Shown here in pieces: positions 47,253-64,000 of a DNA stretch of 64,000 nt. The position numbers and the translations under genes were made by a program. Positions within the stretch are counted from its first letter, which is position 1; the number at the start of each line of letters is the position of its first letter. Under the pieces are notes generated by a model. It did no database searches. It had not been told where the DNA came from and saw nothing but the letters and a program-made list of their open reading frames with translations. The DNA comes from Ministeria vibrans ATCC 50519 (Eukaryota; Protista; Filasterea). The stretch is taken from assembly GCA_943704425.1 (NCBI GenBank), contig CALSCP010000904.1:24874-88873 (forward strand), written 5' to 3'.

Positions 47253-50200
47253 TTACTTGGTACTCTCCACCTGTTGTAAATAGCTATCGATCTTACGCTC
47301 GAACACTTCAAATGAATCGCTACAAAAGAAACAAAGTATGAGACTGACAGACACATTGAGAAAAAGCGAGAGTCAAAGTCGGAGAGAGAAAGGAGAGGGA
47401 AAAAAAACAGAATAATAGAAAGAGAGGGAAAAAGGAGAGGGGAAAACAAAGTACTAGAGAGTGTGTGTGAGAGAAAGAGAACGAGACAACCCCCGACAGA
47501 GTGACAGAAGAGATACACAGAGAGAGACATACACACATACACACAGGCGGAGAGAGCGAGAAAGAAAGATAAAAGAAACTGATAAAAATAAAATGATAAA
47601 GAGATAGCACAAACACGTACGATCCTCGCTGCTGTTCACGCATTGCTGCACGCACTCGATCAAAGGCAGAATACGGCACCCACACGGCAGGTCCATTGTT
47701 GTGCAACACATTCTGTACATTTCAATGCAAAACATGAATAAGCGACGATGGCTACTCTTATAACAAATTCAGTTGGTACCTTGATGGCAAATTCGGTGGC
47801 ACGGACGCCAAGAATGGCGTCAATGTACTCACACACGAGCTGTGCAGCACTGCTAAGCAGACCATAGTCCATCCACAGGTGTAACAGTGCGGCCGGCGCC
47901 ACACGCTTGAACGACGCGACTAGCCAGTGTGGCAGAGCCCGATGACGGTCCAGTCCCAGCAGACGGCTCGCCACGCACCGATGGTACTCGTAGTTGGTTT
48001 CGCGACTGTCATGCCCCCTAATTAATAAAAAAAAAAAATTAAGGTCAAACTCATCCCCTTCAAAAATAATAACTTATAACATCAATAATGATACTCCAAA
48101 CATAGACTTACCCCAGGTGAGCGCGAAGGATTTCCCAAGCACGATCAGCGGGTGTACTGGCACGTGCTCGCGAAAGCCAGGCATCGTCGCCGTGCGTTCG
48201 CCCGTCCGCAAGGGCCGCACACGCTGTTGCAAGGCCGTCAAAGACGGGATGCAAACCGAGGCCGAAGGAACGCGCAAACTCAATGGCCGTGTCAAACTCG
48301 TTGGCGCGTACAAGAGCAGCCAGAATCTCCACCGGTGGTGTGCCTCGACTGACGACAGTGCCCGACGTGCGCTTGAGCAACTGCAGGCGCGCCAGTACGA
48401 GCGTATAGTCGCGCTTGATGTCATGAACCTGCACAAAGTCTACCGTGTCCTCCTCGGCTCGCTTCCACTCCGCTACGTCCGGTTGTTGCAAGCTATCAGT
48501 CGACATGGGCTGCTCGTCGGTAGACACGGTGTCGTCGGTGGTCCTGCCAAACTCGCCGCGGCTTGGATGAAGGCGTTTGCGCCGCACTTGACGCTTGTAC
48601 TCGGCGGGAACGGCAAGCCAGGCATGGTCAGCGTCCACGAGCGAGAGCGCATTGATGGCACCGAGCAGTGCCTTGGCCTGGCCTTGAAGTGCGGCCACCA
48701 CTGTATCGTGGTGCGCACTTTGCATGCGCTGTGCCACGCCCCACGACTCGACCCCAAGACGCTGGCCATACTCAAACATGACGGAGGCGGCAAGGCGAAA
48801 CGCACTGCGGAACATGTGGAAGGAATAGAGCACCAGATATGGCGACGGTGTGGTCGTGAGCACGTCTGTGTTGCGCGCGCGCCACTGCAAGAAGCTCTCA
48901 ACTTCACTTGCCAAATGCAAGTAGGGAAACTGACACAGCTGCGCAAGAAGGTTGCGCTCGCAAAGAACCAGCAAAAATCGTCGAAGACACTCGCGCTGTT
49001 GCGAAGCGTCCGGGTTGCGCACAATTGCCGTGTACGCGCGCTCGTACTCTCCCATCTCAAGACTGCTCTTGAACACATTCGACCAGAGCACAGGAATGTG
49101 CTCGGCCTCGCTTGCGTCGCCCGCCACCACCACACTGAGTGCCTCGGTCGCAAAGGTAACCACAAGCTCGGGGGCACCAGCACGCTCAAACATGCGCATA
49201 ATTCGCATGTGATAGCGCATCAGCGACACCGAGTCGTCCTGTCCGCATGTGCGCACGATCAACTCGCGTGTGGCTCGATCCGACATGCCACCGGCAGTCG
49301 CCTCAATGAAACACTCCTTGGCTTGTTGAAAAGCGCCGAAGCCCAAGTACGCGCGGGCACGACAGTAGTGCAGCAGTGGTGTCGCCTCACCCAGCTGCCG
49401 CACGTACTCGAGCGTCACTAGGTGCTGCTCGCTTTCCACCAGGAACGTTGCCGCACCACCATTGCGATAGGGCCACCAGGATTCGACGAGACACGCCAGC
49501 AGTGGTTGCACAAGTTGTCGCCAGTGCCCTGCGCCCGCCACCAGAGCATGACCACTGTATGAGACATGGCCTTTAGCTTGACGTGCCAGCGCCGCACGGA
49601 GATGCGCAACGTGCGTGCGCAAGTACAGCTCAAGCAATGAAGTGTCACCTCCATTGCTGTTGCTCCTGCCACTGACGCTGTGCTTCTGCGCGCCCATGGA
49701 CTCGTCGAGAACAAGCGATGAGAGACCTGCCAGCGAATCGGACGCCGACGTGGGCACTGCAAGCGACGAGCTGCCTGTCATAGTCACGGTCTGCTCGGCA
49801 AGCCACATCATGACGTGGTAGGCACGCATCAGACGAACGGTGCGCGGTACAAACTCGGACAAAAGTCGCGCACTATCGGCGCTCGAAAGACCCGACTGGC
49901 TGCGCAATTGGAGCAGCGCAAACAAGGCAATGAGAAGGTCGCGGCACACAGCAAAGCGTGTGCGCATCAGCTGCCCAAAGGCGACCGCCACGGCCGAGTT
50001 CATGGTATTGGACGTGAACAATTGAGAGAACCATTCAAGAACTGCCGGTTCCACAACGAAATGGTCGTCACTGGTCGCAGTGACATCCGCTGTGCTAGCG
50101 CCCGTGTTGTTGGTGCTCGACGCGTGAGCTTTTGTTGAAAAGACTGCGTCGTCATCGTCGTCGTCGTCGTGGCCGCCGTGGCCGTCGCGACTGCCTTTGT

Positions 50201-52500
50201 TGTTGGACGCCACATGTGAGGCACATTCTGAGCCAGACGCGCCAGTGTGTGTCGCCTGGGCATCAAGTAAGTGAAGCAACAACGAGATGGTATTCATGGG
50301 CTGCGCGACGGCCCGCACCAGACGCAGAAAGGTGGTGGAGAAGGAGTCGCTGGAGCAGGCGTCGGCGTGAACACGCACTGCCTCGAGAGCTGGGGTTCCG
50401 CATACGAGTTCGCGCTCGAGGGCGCGCAAACAGGGTGTGGTGGCGGTGAGTGCCGCAAAGCGACAGCAGGCCAGCAGTCGGGGAAGGCCCGCAGAGGCTG
50501 TTGCGCCCTCGTTGGCCCCACCAAAACAACCGGCGATGCCAAGGACGCCCACGTCGCTTCCTACTACATGGTCGCCCGTTGCCGTTGCACCCAGATGCAA
50601 CGGAGGAACGGCATTTGAACTCTCGTTGACGACGACATCGTATGTCTCGAGCGTGTCGCACGGTCGCAACAAGCCCGTGAGATGACGCTTGAGCACCGCA
50701 GTGAGACCTGTGCGCGGGTCGTTCACAAGGGCCGTCGCCGTGCCGTTGGCGACCGCCCAGTATTGGAGGCAGCAGTCGTAAAAGCGGGCCCAGACGCTGG
50801 CCACGCCGGCCGCCACATCGTCAATCGCGTCGCTCGTGGCACACATCTCGGCGGAGTGAGCCTCCATCTGCACCGTCTCAATGATACGAGCACGCAGCTG
50901 GACCACCGTCTCGGTTGTGCTCGGTTCCAGGGGTGCTGTCGAGCCGCTAAAGAGTTGCAGAGCTTTGCGCACCGTACTCCGTGGCATACGCCCCGCAGCA
51001 AGCACATATTGGCACACAGCCTCGGCGGGATCTTCGTGCGAGGCAAGCACTTCGTCGCCCGTTGCCAGTCGTGTCATGTGCACATCGGTCCAGGGACCGT
51101 GTTCGGCGGCAAGTGCCAGCGCTGAGAGTCCCGTGTCGTCCGAGGAGGCGGCACTCTGTGTCGACGACAGTGTGAGCTCGGTCGAGCGATCCAACAGACT
51201 GGCATAGGCACAGGCGGACGTGCCAGCCTCGACGCCGTCCCACAGCGCCCACAGTGTGTACTGGTCAAATACCAGGTCAACAAGACGTGCTGCCTGCCCG
51301 TGAAGACAACCGCGCAGCGAGAGGCTGACCGGCGTCGTTGCAGGGGTGGACGGGTCACCCTCATGCACGGTGCCGCTGAGGACAAGGAATTGGCTGCACT
51401 CGTGAAGAGGCAAATGAACGCATACAAGGAACTCGGGCGAGCCAGTGGTACTGTGTACGCGCAAGACGAGGCCGTCGTAGGCGGATGAGGAGGAGGCACT
51501 TGCCGTGGCAGCCGCCGCCACAATGTCATTTTCGGCAGGCATTTGAAGCCATTGCGTGGTGTTCTGATCGAGAATAAGACGGCGCTGAGTCGCCGACCAG
51601 ATTTGAAGGTGGAGCGTTGCGGTGAGCGCAAAGATGAGAGCGTCACCGGCGGGTGTGATGTGAGTGCCAAGCGAGACACAAGTCTGGACGCTTGCGTCGT
51701 CAGCGCCGAGGCCTGTGGCCGCCAGCAGGCGCGGGACAAACCCCGTGAAAAGACGCTGCATAGTTGAGGTGTGACGCAGCTGATACTCGTCGGAGGTGTT
51801 GCTGGAATCGTCGGCAAGTCGCATCACAAGGACGGAACCATCGCGACAGCCAAGAGCGACTGCACTTGGACCAGCGCCCGCAGCGCAAACGACGCCACTG
51901 GTGTGTGCACGAATGGCCACGTGGTTGGACGCATTAGACATGTCAAGTTGGGTGGCGGCGGCGAGCACGGAGGCGACATTGGCGGCAGGGTCGCGCGAGT
52001 GCGACCGTGCGTAGGCAACGGCGTTCTGATGGGAACGCAAAGCGTCGGGATGTGGGAAGACCAGTCGATGGACGCCACGAGTGGTGGCAACAATAATATA
52101 GACACACAAAGGGGCGCGGCTGGTTGCCTCGTACACGGCGATGGAGGGCACAATGGGCGCGGGAAAACGGACACGAAGAATGGCGTCGCTCAAATCCACA
52201 TCCAACGACGTTTCTCTCAGCTCGAGCACACAGCCTTGGCATCGCCACGTGATCATGCGATTGCGCGTGTTGGGTCCATCGGCAGAGTCGCTGTACGCGT
52301 AGCCGCCACCAAAGGGAGCGCTTGAAGCCGTAGTGAACGCGTCTGATGTTTCACTTTTTTTTTTTTTTTTTTTTTTTTTTTTCGAAAAGTAAAGAGAGAG
52401 ATAGAGAGAAAAAGTTAGAAAGTAAGATAGTGTGTGATAGAGCATTGTATACGTGTAACGGCTATGTGCATACGCGTGAACAAGTACAACGAATACAGAC

Positions 52501-52546
<46 letters not shown>

Positions 52547-52634
52547 GACTTTACCAGCCAACAAGTTCCGACGCGACCACGAGCTCACGGACATTCTCCG
52601 GCTCGCCACCCACAATCACTTCGATGCGCGACAT
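47253..52634 (-). CDS. NUP160: Nuclear pore complex protein Nup160
   Basis: NRMITWRCQGCVLELRETSLDVDL...VHRLVFPHPD matches the start of the Nup160 propeller. C-terminal CLRRFLLVLCER, LYSFHMFRSAFRLAASVMFEYG, LPHWLVASF. Exons: 52634-52555, 52353-48111, three short 3' exons, stop at 47253. Confidence 0.9.
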
Positions 52635-52899
52635 GGTCTAGGTGAGTCTGGGCGGTGGGGGGAGTGGGCAGACTAAAGAAAAAAAATACAATAATATTCG
52701 ATTGATATTTGATCGATTCTTCACATGTTCGCAATGAAATGAATGCAAAACGATCTCAGAGAAGAGAAAAGGACCAAATGTAGCTCAAGCAATTCTTTTC
52801 TGTCGTTCATTCGCCGTCTGTGTCCTTTGGCCTTTGACGAGTGGTGCACTTGTCACGTACTTTGTGCGCCTTTGTTTGTTTGGTGTCCCTATTTCCACA

Positions 52900-54299
52900 A
52901 TGAGAGTTCGAGTGTCCCGCTTGATCTTCCTCGCGCTCTTGCTGACCGCCGGTGGGTACTTTGGCAACCAGTTCTATGTGGTATACACCCGGTCGTGCTC
53001 TGGCGACGCGTGTCCCTGTGCGACCGTTCCTCCTTCCGGTAAGTTTGAATCCTGCCCGATCGCCCCTTCGCCTTGCTGCGCTCGTCGCTGGCGGCGAGTG
53101 CATCGTTAGAAAGCACACTCATGTTTGATATGCAGACATTGTGAATCGCGAGAGCGCATCCAATAGCGGCGACAAGGAGGGAATCATGATTGCAGTGTTG
53201 ACCTCCACACCAACACGCGCTCGTGCGAAGTCTCTGAAGAACATGTGGATGGAGCAACAGTTCAAAGGCATGATCACATTTGTTTCGGAAGTCATGGTAC
53301 GGCGTGGGTGCGATGAGAGCGTAGGGAGAGTGACGCAACGGTTTGTTTTCACCGTAGGACGATGAGCTGGCCATTCGCATCACACAATATGGCAATCGTA
53401 AAGAGGTTAAATTCGATACTCTGGTGGCAAGCCAGTGCTCCAACGATCTCTCGGAGACGGTATGTAACGAATGAGGATGACGGTAAACTGAAGTCTCAGT
53501 TTTCGTTGTAGGCGATTGTGTGTAAGACTCGGGCGTTTCTGGAGAAATCCCTTGATCTCTACCCCGACAAGCAATGGTTTATCATTGTCCTCGACAGTGC
53601 GTACGTCCGCCTTCAAAGGCTTGTAAGTGTGGAGAGAGGAAGGAGGGGGGGCTTTAAGCGATAGAGAGAGGGGAAGATGAAGTGAGGGACGTGTTACAAA
53701 TTACCGCCAGCTGAACCGTTCCACTATAATGGCTTTTTATATATTATATAGCTCAAGGATCTGTCTACCATGTCGACAGCATCGCCTGTTATAGTTGGCT
53801 CAGACCGATTTCTGGCCATTACCGACGCGTGTGCACCTGTGTCGTCTGCCCATCTCGAACAGCCCTACTCGTCACAGACCTCGGCCGCCCTCTTCAAAGA
53901 CCCACCCACGAAAACACATGTTGTCGGCTACTCACACGCCCACGCAGGCTGGGCCATCAACAGACACGCTGCGACCCTCCTTGCTGCCAATATGGGCCAC
54001 TGGGAAGACATCCTCAAAGCACCCGGTACAACGCCCTCCTCCCGCTCCCCATCACCCTCCTCCCCTTCCTCTCACTCACTCACAAATATCATCACAATGA
54101 AAATTATTCTCTACAGCAACAAACAATCTCAAGTCTTCCTTTTATAGGGTTACGGGGCCTCTCGGACGCAACCTTCGGTGCCTATGCTCATGTCCTGGGC
54201 ATCCACTTTGTGCCTCTCTCGTCGTTTGTCGGCGGCGACGACGCCAAGGACAACCATCGTATTGTGCGCGCCTCAATCATCACCCCATTCCGCCTGTGA
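52900..54299 (+). CDS. Fringe-like GT31 glycosyltransferase-fold type II membrane protein with degenerate DxD motif
   Basis: N-terminal signal-anchor, then IMIAVLTS...W, CSNDLSETAIVCK, KQWFIIVLDSAYV, AGWAINR and LSDATFGAY. These follow the order of Fringe motifs IFIAVKT, C...ALSCK, KWFCHVDDDNYV, AGFCISR, PDDCTIGY. Six exons, approximately 52900-53038, 53136-53296, 53358-53459, 53512-53622, 53752-54025, 54148-54299. Confidence 0.75.
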
Positions 54300-54475
54300 G
54301 GAGGACCAGGGGAAGGCGAATAACCTAACGGAAGTGCAACAATTAATGAAGTCTCGACAAATTGAAATATAAAGATTATAAAGTTTGTTTTGTACATTAG
54401 GAAGAGAGAAAAGAAGGGAAAAAAGAAAAGAGATTGAAAGAAATGAAAGGCAAAAGTAGAATAAAAAAAGTGGAG

Positions 54476-62264
<7,789 letters not shown>

Positions 62265-62424
62265 GGCAAATACGCGGCGGAAGTACACGCCTGGGGGTCA
62301 CTCGGCAACAGTCGCGTGAGTAGAAGAAATGTGTGAGACGTGGCTAAGTCATACTCGCGAGAGCCCATTTAATTCAAGTCTCAAGAATCATTCTTTTTCT
62401 CTACCACCCACTCTCCCACGACCT

Positions 62425-64000
<1,576 letters not shown>

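Noticed and set aside
47994-49421. Long antisense or alternative-frame ORFs (e.g. 47994-49421 +, 789-1904 -, 29514-30647 +, 22474-23664 -)
   Set aside because: These are shadows of GC-rich, codon-biased real exons and have no recognisable motifs.

Overview
Gene-dense eukaryotic genomic DNA with GC-rich exons and short GT-AG introns full of (CT)n, (CA)n and (TAT)n microsatellites, plus several N gaps. The gene content (animal-type IQGAP, AZUL-HECT ligase, class I PI3K, Fringe-like GT31, EGF receptor-like protein) together with the compact layout suggests a unicellular holozoan or similar opisthokont protist; this is an inference. I reconstructed eleven spliced genes by hand: IQGAP (+, 5' end outside window), UBE3A-like HECT E3 (-), PH+RasGEF (+), APE1/ExoIII (+), a giant EGF-repeat membrane protein (-), DRAM/TMEM150/Frag1 family (-), Tim17-like membrane protein (+), Nup160 (-), Fringe-like glycosyltransferase (+), class I PI3K catalytic subunit (-), and mitochondrial aconitase (+, runs off the 3' end). 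The standout is the 24-kb gene at 19714-44080. It encodes a ~7,000-aa type I membrane protein with ~109 EGF modules by manual count. In 21 of them an unrecognised ~120-aa beta-rich domain with one Cys pair is nested between EGF Cys3 and Cys4. The gene is built from a super-repeat bounded by phase-0 introns, followed by a ZU5-like domain, one TM helix and a kinase-less tail with clustered tyrosine motifs. A Fringe-like GT31 protein that has lost its DxD motif lies ~9 kb away. Exon boundaries, counts and family assignments come from manual reading and recalled family motifs, not from database searches.
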